Shown one piece after another: positions 37,144 to 46,447 of a stretch of DNA of 64,000 nt. The notes beneath the pieces were generated by a model. The model did not search any database, was not told the DNA's origin, and saw only the letters and a list, made by a program, of their open reading frames with translations. The number at the start of each line of letters is the position of its first letter. Within the stretch, counting starts at the first letter, position 1. This DNA is from Archangium sp. GTDB taxonomy: Bacteria; Myxococcota; Myxococcia; Myxococcales; Myxococcaceae. The translations under genes and the position numbers were made by a program. The stretch spans positions 12,976 to 76,975 of the forward strand of contig JANLPS010000358.1 in NCBI GenBank assembly GCA_031367385.1, given 5' to 3'.

Positions 37144-39300
37144 GTGCACCCGAGGGCAGCTCAGCTGGTGTTGCTCATGGCGCTGCTCTGCGCCGGCTGT
37201 GCAACCACGCCTCCCACACCCGATTCGCTCAAGGTCGACGACATCGATCTCGAGGGCACCAAGGCGCTGTCGAAGGGCAAGATCAAGGGCAAGATCATCA
37301 CCAACGAAGCGCTCTTCTTCATACCCTGGTTTCTGCTCGACATCGGCATTGGCCACATCGGCTGGTACGACCCGACCTCGTGGCAGGCTGATCTGCGCCG
37401 CATCACGCGGTACTACGAGGCCAACGGGTATTACCAGGCGCACATTCTCGAAGACCAGGTCACTCCGACCCGGCATGGGCACGTGAAGCTGCTGGTGCGA
37501 CTGCGCGAAGGCGAGCCGACCCACATCACCAAGTTCAAGATTGAAGGGCTGCCCGAAGGCCAGCCGAAGCTGCTCGACTCGTTGCCCACCCGCGAAGGCG
37601 ACATCTTTCTCGAAGACGCGTGGCTCGAGACCAAGACCACGCTCGCCTCGCGCCTGCGAGAGGTCGGGTACGCCGAGGCCGAGCTGACTGGCGAGGCGCT
37701 GGTCGACCCCGACGCCGCCAAGGCCGAGCTGCGCATCGAGGTCGACTCAGGGCCCCGCTACAAGTTCGGAGACATTCTGGTCGGCACCGACCCCGGCGCG
37801 AAAGTACCGGCGAAGTTCATCGCTGATCAGGTGCGCGACGACCTGCCACGCGGAGAGTTCTATTCCGACTCCGCGCTCCGAGAAGCACAGAGCACCATCT
37901 TTCAGCTCGGCGTCTTCTCTGGTGCCAAGGTCAACCGCGGCGCTCCCGAACGAGAAGCGGCCGAGGTGCCCATCGTCATCGACGTGCGCGAGGCGCCCTT
38001 TCGCAGCATTCGCGCGGGTGGTGGCATCGGCGGTGATCTGATTCGGCAAGAAGCGCACGTGATGCTCGAGTACACCGACCGAAACCTGGGCTTCTCGCGG
38101 TTGATCAGCAAGAACGCGCTGCTCGACAAGCTGTCGATCAAAACCAAGCTCGGGTGGGCCTTCTTACCGACCATCTTGAGCGTGATTCAGCGCACCCCCG
38201 ACTCGAAGAACGGGCCGATCGGCCGCGTGCTCACCGAGTACGAAGTGCCCCGCTTCTTGGGCCTCAAGCGGGTCGCCTTTCGCAGCTCGCTCGACCTGAG
38301 CCGGGTGCTCGACACCGCCTTCGACTACTTCGGTGGCGAGCTCAAGTTGGGCGTCATCTGGCGCCCGCGCAGCGACTTCTCGATTTTTCCTTCGATCAAC
38401 GTCGACACGTATTTTCTTCGCGCGCCGGTCAACCTCAGCACCGCTGCCGCGACGGCCGCGGTCGGGTGCCCCACCATTCCCCAAGCGTGCATCGTCACGT
38501 ACCTCGACGTCTTCACCGAGTACGACAAACGCGACAACCGACTCGAGCCGACTCAGGGCATCTACGCCGCGCTCGACGTGCAAGGCGGTATTTTTCAGGC
38601 CACTGGCATCACCCCGTTCATGAAGTTCGTGCCCGAGATTCGCGGCTACTACAGCCCCGACAAGCACCACAAAGTCACCATCGCCGGCAAGCTGCGCGCA
38701 GGCACGTTGATCGCGTTCGGTGGAGAGCCTCCCATCATCGCGAAGTTCTTCTCGGGCGGCGCGCTGATGCGCGGGTTCAATCAACGGCGGCTCTCTCCGC
38801 TGCAGGCGGTGCCGACCATTTCGACCACCGCCAACCGGTCGTGCGTCATCGCCGGCATCGCGACCTGCCAGGGCTACAACAACGGCATCACCCTGCCCAT
38901 CGGCGGCCAGGGCTTGCTCGAGTTCTCGCTCGAAGCCCGGTGGAATTTCTGGGGAGACCTCATCGTCGCCCTCTTCACCGACTGGGGCATGGTCACCACG
39001 GCTCCGCTGGGAGCACAGACCAACTTCAAGAACGATCTCTATGGCGCGGTGGGCTTCGGCTTTCGCTACAAGCTGCCCATCGGGCCCGTTCGCCTCGACC
39101 TGGCGATGCGCATACCTGGCGTGGGCGGGCCCCGCGACGTAAAGCAAGTCACTGACCCAAGAACGAAATTTCCGAGCAACGGTGGGTGTTTCGGCGTCGG
39201 CAATACGTACGCCGGCATCAACTCATCTGAAGCAGCTCAGTACGCTGGCGCTCCCGATGATCAGTGCAGTTTTCAGCTGAGCATCGGAGAAGCCTTTTGA
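37144..39300 (+). CDS. tamA: TamA/BamA-family Omp85 lipoprotein
   Basis: Lipobox CAGC; three POTRA-like segments (DLRRI.RYY...GYY; L.E.GY; IFQLGVFS); FFSGG..MRGF..R.L.P; LPIGPVRLD; SIGEAF; adjacent to tamB. Confidence 0.85.
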   Translation: MHPRAAQLVLLMALLCAGCATTPPTPDSLKVDDIDLEGTKALSKGKIKGKIITNEALFFIPWFLLDIGIGHIGWYDPTSWQADLRRITRYYEANGYYQAHILEDQVTPTRHGHVKLLVRLREGEPTHITKFKIEGLPEGQPKLLDSLPTREGDIFLEDAWLETKTTLASRLREVGYAEAELTGEALVDPDAAKAELRIEVDSGPRYKFGDILVGTDPGAKVPAKFIADQVRDDLPRGEFYSDSALREAQSTIFQLGVFSGAKVNRGAPEREAAEVPIVIDVREAPFRSIRAGGGIGGDLIRQEAHVMLEYTDRNLGFSRLISKNALLDKLSIKTKLGWAFLPTILSVIQRTPDSKNGPIGRVLTEYEVPRFLGLKRVAFRSSLDLSRVLDTAFDYFGGELKLGVIWRPRSDFSIFPSINVDTYFLRAPVNLSTAAATAAVGCPTIPQACIVTYLDVFTEYDKRDNRLEPTQGIYAALDVQGGIFQATGITPFMKFVPEIRGYYSPDKHHKVTIAGKLRAGTLIAFGGEPPIIAKFFSGGALMRGFNQRRLSPLQAVPTISTTANRSCVIAGIATCQGYNNGITLPIGGQGLLEFSLEARWNFWGDLIVALFTDWGMVTTAPLGAQTNFKNDLYGAVGFGFRYKLPIGPVRLDLAMRIPGVGGPRDVKQVTDPRTKFPSNGGCFGVGNTYAGINSSEAAQYAGAPDDQCSFQLSIGEAF

Positions 39301-42300
39301 AGCGAAAACTCCTCATCGCCCTGGGCATCGTCTTCGCGCTGCTGGTGCTGGTGGTGGGGGCTGCCTGGTGGTGGGTGCACTCCGAGGCGGGTGGCCGGTT
39401 TCTTCGCGACAAGGTGCTCTCGGCGACCAAAGACGCGCTGGCGGGGCGCATCGAGGTGGGCACGCTCGAGCTGACCGGCTCGACGCTGCACCTGCGCGAT
39501 CTCAAACTGTACACGCCCGAGGGCGAGCTGGTGGCCGAGATCGCCGCCATCACCGCCGAGATTTCGCTGCCGGCGTTGATCAAGAAGACCGTGGCCCTTC
39601 GCTCGGTCACCATCGAAGGCCCCAAGCTGCACCTGGCCTCCGACGAGCGTGGGCTCAACCTGACCCGGGCGATCGCCTCGAAGCTCCCACCAGCCCCTGC
39701 CGCGAAGCCGGGCCCCGGGCTGCGCATCGAGCTCGAGCAGCTCGAGCTCACCGACGGGTTCGTCTCGTTCGACGCCGATGAGCAGCACCTGGTCTTCGAC
39801 GCCCTCGAGATCAAAGGCCACGCGACCGTGGTGACTTCTCCGCTGCACCTCGACGGCAAGCTCGCGGTGGCTTCGAAAATGACCAAGCCGCTGTCGGCCC
39901 CGCTGTCGATTGCGCTGACCGCCACGAGCCCGCTCTTGGGCGACGCGATCAAAGCCTCGGTGGTGCTCTCGCTGGGCGATGATCACCTCGAGGCCAGCGG
40001 CAGTTGGCCAGACTTGACGCTGCAGGTGAAGAACACCTCGTTTCGAAGTCAGACCATCGCGGTGTTCGTACCGGCCTGGCCGCTCAAGCCAACCATCGGG
40101 CTGAGCGCCGACCTCACCAACGGCACCGGGCTGATTCACGTCGAAGCGGGCAAAGCCAAGGTCGACCTCGACGCCGCGTGGACGAAAGACTTCTCGGCCG
40201 TCTCGAAGATGGTGCTGATCGCCAAAGACGTCGACCTCTCTGAGCTGCTCGGCAAGGGCAAACCGTCGAACATCGACTTGACCGCGAAAGGCAACCTGAC
40301 CGACGTGAAGTCGCTCACTGGGCACCTGACGCTCGAGGGCGAATGGGCCACCGCGGCGAACAAGAAATTGGCGAGCGTGTCGGCCGAGGTGAAGGCAGAT
40401 CACGGCGAGTACTTCGTGCCCAAGCTCTCGGCCGTGGTGCCGGGCGTCTCGGTCGCGGCCAATGGCAAGCTCACGCTCAAGAAGCTGAACGTGTCGGGCG
40501 TCGTCGACGTGACCGACCTCTCGAAGCTGAAAGCCACCGCCCGTGAATTTGCCGGCATCGAGCTGCCCGCGATGACTGGCACCGGTCACCTCAACGTCAA
40601 CGCCCAGGGCACCCTGACCTCCCCCTCAGTCAACGCCACCGGCACGCTCTCGGGCGTCAGCGTCGCGGGAGTCTCGGCCCAGACCCTCGAGGTCGATGTG
40701 CACTTGCCCAACGTGCTCGCGCCCTTCGAATCAGACGGCGCGGTGCTCGCCAAGCAGCTCAAAGTCGGCGACACCTTGCTCGACGAGGTCAAAGTCTCGC
40801 TCGGCACCCGCGGCCGAATGGTCGATGTCGAGCTGTCGACCAAGGGCCTCGGCGACCTGGTACTTCAGGCCAACGGCAAGCTCGACGAAGACCAGAACGG
40901 CATGAGCCTCGACGCCGTGGTGCTCACCAGCAGCCAGGGCGATTGGGCGATGGCGGCTCCGACCCGGCTCACCTGGGCTCCGACGCTGTCGTTGCAGCCG
41001 ATGACGATTCAATCGGGGCCGCAGCGCATCGACCTGAGCGGCAGCAAGAAGGGCCAGAAGGTCGAGGCGGCCATCGCACTCGTCGCGCTCGACTTGGCGA
41101 AGGTGCCGCGGGCGCTGGCTTCAGAAAAATTGGGGCTGGCTGGCGTGCTCGACGCCACCGTTCGAGTCGACGGCGCCCTGCCCCGCCCCGGCATCGAGGC
41201 GAAGGTGAGCCTCAAAGACGGAGCCGTGCGCGGCTTCGACAAAGTGCAGCTCGACGCCCAAGGCGCGTGGCGTGACAAGCGGGCGGCGGGGCAGTTCACC
41301 ATCAGCACCGCGCTGGCGAGCGCCAAGGGCGAGGTCAACGTCGACGTCGACGCGGTGATCAACGAACGCCCCGAGCCAGTGTCAGCGCACATCGAAGTCA
41401 CCGGCGTCGACGTCACCCGCGTCGCGACCTTCTTCAAGCAAGAGCTGCCAGTCACCGCGAAGCTCGAGGCGCACCTCGACGTGAGCGGTACCGCCGACAA
41501 GCCGCAGGTGAAGCTGGTGATCGACTCGCCCGAGGTCGCGGTGCAGCTCGGAGCGCAGGCCGCGCCGCTGGTGCTGACATCGGTCTCGTTCGAGGTGCTC
41601 ACCCGCGACACCGGGCACATCGCCGCGACGGTGAGCGCGAACAGCTTCGGAGGCGTCGCCCACGTCGAGCTCGACACGCCACTGACCATCAACGGGCTGC
41701 GCGAGAAGCTGCCGACCGTCGCCAGTCTGAACACGCTGCCGCTGACCGTCGATGCCGAAGTCAATGGCGTGGCGATCGGCCAACTGCGCGACTCGGGGCT
41801 GCTGGCCATCAACACTTCGGCTGAGGGCAACCTGGGCCTGCGGGGTCACCTGACCGGCACCATCAAAGACCCCGAGGGTGCGGTGACCCTGACGGCGAAC
41901 AAGGTCGTCTACCCGCCGCTGAGCGCGGTCGAAGCCTCGGCCACGGTGACTGCCGGGCCCAAGAAAATCGACCTGGTCGCGATGATCACCGAGAAGGCCG
42001 CGCCGCTGCTGAAGGTCGACGGCTCACTCGATGCGACGGTGGCGCACCTTCAACACCTCGACGCGCTCGGCCCCGAGGCGGTGAAGCTGGTCGCCACGCT
42101 CTACCCGCTCGACTTGAAGACGCTGGTGCCCTCCGACTCGACGCTCACCGGCTTCGCCGGCGCGACGCTGAACGTCGATGGCACCCTCGACGCGCCTCGC
42201 ATCGACTTGACCGGTTCGGTTGATCAGCTCGCCTTCGCCAAGGCCGCCATTGGCGAGGCCCACTTCGATTTCAAGGGCAGCGCTGGCCACAACATCGCCA

Positions 42301-43760
42301 ACCTCACCATCGGCCCGAAGGGCAAAGACGACCTCACCGCGCACGGCACCGTCGACGCCGAGATCGGCCTCGCCGCGATACGGCGCGGGTTGACCCCCAG
42401 CAAGTACCCCCTCGACGTCACCGTGGCCTCGAACGACTTCGACCTCGCGTTCTTCTCGGGCATCTCGTCGGTGGTGCGGGTCATCGGCGGCAAGCTCACC
42501 ATGAACGCGACCGTGCAAGGCACCATCGGCGCGCCCAAGCTCGACGGCGCCGCGCACTGGGTGAATGGCCGCTTGAACTTGACCGGGTTCGGCAACTACC
42601 GAGACATCGAGCTCGAGGCGAAGGCCAGCAATTCGTTGATCTCGTTGTCGAAATTGAAGGCCTACTCCGGCTCGGGGTGGGCCTCGCTGACCGCCGAAGC
42701 GACCCGCAATGCCGCGAGCGCCTGGCACCTGACCGCTAATGGCGAGGCCAACAAGTTTCCCATCGTGGTCGATGATCAGCCGGTGGTCATCGCCACGCTT
42801 CGCCTCGATTTGAATGGTGAGCTGGTTGATCAATTCTTGAACATCAAGCAGCTCTCGCTGCCGAAAGTGTTGATCGAGCTGCCCGACATTCGCAGAAAAG
42901 ATCTGCAGAACCTCGATCGCCCGGCCGACATCATCATTCTGCGCGGCGGCCGTGGAGATCTGGCCAAGCGCGCGCGCGCCCTCGAGCTCAAGAAGGCCAA
43001 GGCGAAGGCCAAAGAAGCGACCTTCACCGCCCGCGCGGTGATCAACGCCCAGCGCAGAATTCAAATCAAAGGCTCCGACGTCGACCTCGAGCTGGGGCTC
43101 TCTGACGGCTTTCGGCTCGAGTACGCCAACAACGTGCAGCTGTACGGAGAAGCCTCGGTGCTCCGCGGCAAGCTCTCGGTGCTCGGGCGTGACTTCGTGG
43201 TGCAGCCGGGCTCGCAAGCGCGCTTCGCCGGCGTGGCCACCGAGCCGTACGTCAACGTGACCGCCGTCTATACGAACAACAAAACCGACGACAAAACCAA
43301 GGTCACCGTCAATGTGGTTGGCCGCGGCACTGACATCGCGCTCAAGGTCTCTTCGGAGCCGCCGCTCAGCGAATCTGAGATCTACACCCTGCTCGCCACT
43401 GGCCGCCCTGCCCTCGCGCGTGGGGGTGGTTCGAGCGTCACGCCGACCCAGGCCGCCTCGGTCGTCGGCAGCGCGCTCATCTCGCAAGCCAAGACCGCCA
43501 TCGCCAAGAACGTGCCGATCGACGTGCTCGACTTCGAGTCAGGCGAGAACTTCAGCGGCGTGAAGCTCAACGTCGGCAAGTACCTCACTGACACCGTCTT
43601 CGTCGGCTACTCGCTCAACCCTGGCGCTGACGTGACCCGCGGCGAGAACCCGCACACCGTTCGCCTCGAATACCAGATGACGCACAGCTGGAGCCTCGAG
43701 GCCTCCGCCGGCACGGCCCCAGCAGCCGCCGCCGACGTCGTGTGGTCGCGAGACTTCTAA
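39297..43760 (+). CDS. tamB: Translocation/assembly module TamB
   Basis: N-terminal TM, long beta-taco repeats, C-terminal DUF490-like region (SEPPLSESEI.TLL.TG; VGKYLTD.VFV.Y; LEY; W.RDF). TTG overlaps the tamA stop. Confidence 0.88.
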   Translation: MKRKLLIALGIVFALLVLVVGAAWWWVHSEAGGRFLRDKVLSATKDALAGRIEVGTLELTGSTLHLRDLKLYTPEGELVAEIAAITAEISLPALIKKTVALRSVTIEGPKLHLASDERGLNLTRAIASKLPPAPAAKPGPGLRIELEQLELTDGFVSFDADEQHLVFDALEIKGHATVVTSPLHLDGKLAVASKMTKPLSAPLSIALTATSPLLGDAIKASVVLSLGDDHLEASGSWPDLTLQVKNTSFRSQTIAVFVPAWPLKPTIGLSADLTNGTGLIHVEAGKAKVDLDAAWTKDFSAVSKMVLIAKDVDLSELLGKGKPSNIDLTAKGNLTDVKSLTGHLTLEGEWATAANKKLASVSAEVKADHGEYFVPKLSAVVPGVSVAANGKLTLKKLNVSGVVDVTDLSKLKATAREFAGIELPAMTGTGHLNVNAQGTLTSPSVNATGTLSGVSVAGVSAQTLEVDVHLPNVLAPFESDGAVLAKQLKVGDTLLDEVKVSLGTRGRMVDVELSTKGLGDLVLQANGKLDEDQNGMSLDAVVLTSSQGDWAMAAPTRLTWAPTLSLQPMTIQSGPQRIDLSGSKKGQKVEAAIALVALDLAKVPRALASEKLGLAGVLDATVRVDGALPRPGIEAKVSLKDGAVRGFDKVQLDAQGAWRDKRAAGQFTISTALASAKGEVNVDVDAVINERPEPVSAHIEVTGVDVTRVATFFKQELPVTAKLEAHLDVSGTADKPQVKLVIDSPEVAVQLGAQAAPLVLTSVSFEVLTRDTGHIAATVSANSFGGVAHVELDTPLTINGLREKLPTVASLNTLPLTVDAEVNGVAIGQLRDSGLLAINTSAEGNLGLRGHLTGTIKDPEGAVTLTANKVVYPPLSAVEASATVTAGPKKIDLVAMITEKAAPLLKVDGSLDATVAHLQHLDALGPEAVKLVATLYPLDLKTLVPSDSTLTGFAGATLNVDGTLDAPRIDLTGSVDQLAFAKAAIGEAHFDFKGSAGHNIANLTIGPKGKDDLTAHGTVDAEIGLAAIRRGLTPSKYPLDVTVASNDFDLAFFSGISSVVRVIGGKLTMNATVQGTIGAPKLDGAAHWVNGRLNLTGFGNYRDIELEAKASNSLISLSKLKAYSGSGWASLTAEATRNAASAWHLTANGEANKFPIVVDDQPVVIATLRLDLNGELVDQFLNIKQLSLPKVLIELPDIRRKDLQNLDRPADIIILRGGRGDLAKRARALELKKAKAKAKEATFTARAVINAQRRIQIKGSDVDLELGLSDGFRLEYANNVQLYGEASVLRGKLSVLGRDFVVQPGSQARFAGVATEPYVNVTAVYTNNKTDDKTKVTVNVVGRGTDIALKVSSEPPLSESEIYTLLATGRPALARGGGSSVTPTQAASVVGSALISQAKTAIAKNVPIDVLDFESGENFSGVKLNVGKYLTDTVFVGYSLNPGADVTRGENPHTVRLEYQMTHSWSLEASAGTAPAAAADVVWSRDF

Positions 43761-43764
43761 GCTC

Positions 43765-43819
43765 AATAAAGGGGACAGGCTGGTTTAAGCGGCAATCAAA
43801 GTAGCCTGTCCCCTTTATT
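43765..43819. terminator. 17-bp perfect inverted repeat between convergent genes (bidirectional terminator or REP-like hairpin)
   Basis: AATAAAGGGGACAGGCT (43765-43781) pairs with AGCCTGTCCCCTTTATT (43803-43819). Confidence 0.8.
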
Positions 43820-44276
43820 TGCCGAGCTCGGCGACGAGCTTCTTGGTGTCGACGTGCTTCGACTTCTCTTCGTCGATGCTGACGCGCAGGCTCTTGCTGT
43901 TCAGGTAGACCTCCCACGACGAATTTCGCAAGGTCATGCGCACGTAATCGGCGCCGTTCATCTGGGTGACGATGTCCATACCCGTGCCGCCTGCGCCTGC
44001 CGGCCGCGCGGTGTACTGAATCACCTTGCCGTTGATGCCGTCGTTGAACGCCTCGGCGCCGCTGATGCGCATGATGACGTCGTTCACGCCCGCCGCGTTC
44101 TTCTGCGCGAGCATGGCCATCTCGATGGTGATGCCGTCGCCTTCGTAGAGCTTGCCGTAGGGGTTGACCTCGAGCGCGCTGGCCGCCGTCTCGCTCGGCC
44201 CCGCGGGCGGCGTATTCGAGGTGGTGGCGCAGGCGATGAACGACACGGCGAGAGCACAGAGCATCAGGTGGCGCAT
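43815..44276 (-). CDS. Hypothetical lipoprotein
   Basis: MRHLMLCALAVSFIAC lipobox; 153 aa; strong coding bias. Confidence 0.75.
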   Translation of the reverse strand: MRHLMLCALAVSFIACATTSNTPPAGPSETAASALEVNPYGKLYEGDGITIEMAMLAQKNAAGVNDVIMRISGAEAFNDGINGKVIQYTARPAGAGGTGMDIVTQMNGADYVRMTLRNSSWEVYLNSKSLRVSIDEEKSKHVDTKKLVAELGK

Positions 44277-44366
44277 GAGAGACCTTTTTGGTTGGCTTTG
44301 AACGACAGAGCGCGCAACTTTTTGCGAACCGGCCAGAAACACAAGCTCAAACCTCAGGCATACTGA

Positions 44367-45272
44367 ATGGCGGTGAGCATTCTGCGCTTCACGCAGCCGG
44401 TGTTGGTCGCACGCAAGCTGGGGCGAAAACCGGTCGCGGTGAAGATAGGCGAGCACGGCCTGACCATCGCCCGCGCATCGAACGGCGTCTTCGCCTACCC
44501 CGAGCGCTGCCCCCATCGCGGCACGCGGCTCGTTCACGCCAGCAACGACGACGGCCGGCTGGTCTGCCCGTACCACGGCTGGAGCGTCGATTCGCAAGGC
44601 CAGGCGCGCAAACCCAACCAGACGCAGCCCGAGTGCCAGCTGACGGTGCACACGCTTCAGCTCGCCTTCGGCTCGTACTGGTTGGTCGAGCCAGAGCGGC
44701 CGGTACCCATCGTCGCTCCGCCCGAGCACACGTTCTGCGGCTCGATGCAGTTCGACCTCTCGGCGCCGTACCATGTGGTGCTCGACAACTTCAACGAGGG
44801 CTCACACACCCCGTTCGTTCACAGCTTGCTCGGCCCGCACCCCAAAGACCTGCCCCGCGCGCACTTCGAGTGGAAGAACGAAGCCGACCACGTGCTCACG
44901 CACTACGACGCTCCGCAGCGCCGCAACCTGATGTTCTTTGCGATGGCGCCCTTTCGCGAGCTGCACTGGTCAATCTCGTGGAAGACGTACTTCGCGCCGA
45001 CCTACATGCAATACGACTCGAAGTGGTACCACCCGAAGACCGGCCGGGTGTTGACCGAAAATCGCGTCTACTACTACATCGTGCCCAAGGGCGAAGGCCG
45101 CACCTCGCTGCACGCCTTCATCTTCGTCAAGGCCCCGTGGTGGGCGGCCTGGTTCAGCCCGGCGGTACGGCTCGCCTCGCGGTTGATCACCGCCAACCAG
45201 GTGCTCGAAGACGAGCGTTTTTACCCGAAAATTGCCGACTTACCTGAGTCGTTCAAGGGCCTGCGCCTCTAG
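44367..45272 (+). CDS. Rieske non-heme iron oxygenase alpha subunit (possibly truncated by an in-frame TAG; frame continues to 45335)
   Basis: CPHRG...CPYHGW Rieske ligands; DNFNEGSH.PFVH and ED mononuclear-iron ligands. Confidence 0.85.
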   Translation: MAVSILRFTQPVLVARKLGRKPVAVKIGEHGLTIARASNGVFAYPERCPHRGTRLVHASNDDGRLVCPYHGWSVDSQGQARKPNQTQPECQLTVHTLQLAFGSYWLVEPERPVPIVAPPEHTFCGSMQFDLSAPYHVVLDNFNEGSHTPFVHSLLGPHPKDLPRAHFEWKNEADHVLTHYDAPQRRNLMFFAMAPFRELHWSISWKTYFAPTYMQYDSKWYHPKTGRVLTENRVYYYIVPKGEGRTSLHAFIFVKAPWWAAWFSPAVRLASRLITANQVLEDERFYPKIADLPESFKGLRL

Positions 45273-45358
45273 GCGACCGACCACCCCGTGGTGGCGATTC
45301 GCAAGCGGGCCGAGGCCGAGTACCTCGGCCGCTGAGTCGGTGCTATCAGCGCGCCCCT

Positions 45359-46447
45359 ATGCGGTGGAGCCTCTGGTGCGTCGTGCTGTTGGCTGGGTGC
45401 GGCGTCGAGCTCGGCCCTGATGCGGGCGTGCTGGTGGGCCCCGCCTCCGATTCGGGTGTCGCCCTGCACGACTCGGGCGTCACCAGGCTCGATGCCGGCA
45501 CCGAGGCTCCCGACGCGGCGACGGTGCTGGTCATCGATGCCGGCCCGGTGCTCGATGCAGGCTCGCTGAACGACGCGGGCACCTCGTTCGATGCGGGCGT
45601 CTGCGGCCGCTGCGCGTTCGGCTACGGCTCGGTGGTGAACGCCGGCATCGTGATGAACCCCGCGCTGACCGAGATTTCCGGCCTGGCCGCGAGTCGCGCG
45701 CACCCCGGCGTGCTGTACGCGCACAACGACTCTGGCGGGCGCGCGGTGATCTACGTGATGAGCACTACCGGCGCAGACTTGGGCGAGCTCGTGCTCGACG
45801 GAGGCACCAACGCCGACTGGGAGGACATCGCCCTCGGCCCCTGCCCCAGCGGCACCTGCCTGTACCTGGGTGAAATCGGCGACAACAGCCTGGTGAACCC
45901 CGGGCCGTACGCGGTCTACCGCGTCGCCGAGCCGAGCCTCGCCAGCCCCGCGGTCTCGCTGGGCAGCGTCAGCGTGCCCTTCGAACGCTTCGCCCTGCGC
46001 TACCCCAACGATGAGCACTTCAACGCCGAGACGCTGATGGTTCACCCCGTCACTGGCGACCTCTACGTGGTCACCAAGCCCGACCCGTTCAAGAAGGCCT
46101 CGGCCTACAAGGCGAGCGCGCCGCTGAGCACGACCAGCATCAACACCCTGATCAAGCTCACCGGCCTCAAGGTGCCTGATCAGCTCGACCTGCAGCTCAC
46201 CGCTGGGGCCATCGATGTCTGCGGCGGGGCGATGCTCATTCGCAGCTACAGCGCGATGTACCAATTCACCGTCGAGCCGACGGCGCCGTTCGATTCGATC
46301 TTCTCGAACCCCTTCACCCGCGTGCCGGCGCCGGTCTTCAAGGTGCAAGAGACTCAAGGAGAATCAGTCACTTGGGCCGCGGGCGGCGGGTACTACACGG
46401 TGGCCGAGGGTGTCACCCCGACGATTCATTTCGTAGGCTGCAAATAG
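45359..46447 (+). CDS. Lipoprotein with DAG/DSG linker and beta-propeller-like domain
   Basis: Lipobox LAGC; EISGLAASR, HNDSG, DWEDIA.GPC, GEIGDN, NAETL.V.P..G.LYVVTK, QGES. Confidence 0.8.
   Translation: MRWSLWCVVLLAGCGVELGPDAGVLVGPASDSGVALHDSGVTRLDAGTEAPDAATVLVIDAGPVLDAGSLNDAGTSFDAGVCGRCAFGYGSVVNAGIVMNPALTEISGLAASRAHPGVLYAHNDSGGRAVIYVMSTTGADLGELVLDGGTNADWEDIALGPCPSGTCLYLGEIGDNSLVNPGPYAVYRVAEPSLASPAVSLGSVSVPFERFALRYPNDEHFNAETLMVHPVTGDLYVVTKPDPFKKASAYKASAPLSTTSINTLIKLTGLKVPDQLDLQLTAGAIDVCGGAMLIRSYSAMYQFTVEPTAPFDSIFSNPFTRVPAPVFKVQETQGESVTWAAGGGYYTVAEGVTPTIHFVGCK

Noticed and set aside
37060..37524. N-terminal extension of the 519-aa ORF
   Set aside because: Antisense to tamA; the plausible start is ATG 37059.
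45270..45272. Pyrrolysine or recoded TAG
   Set aside because: Other genes in the window end normally at TAG and no pyl genes are present; mutation or sequencing error is more parsimonious.
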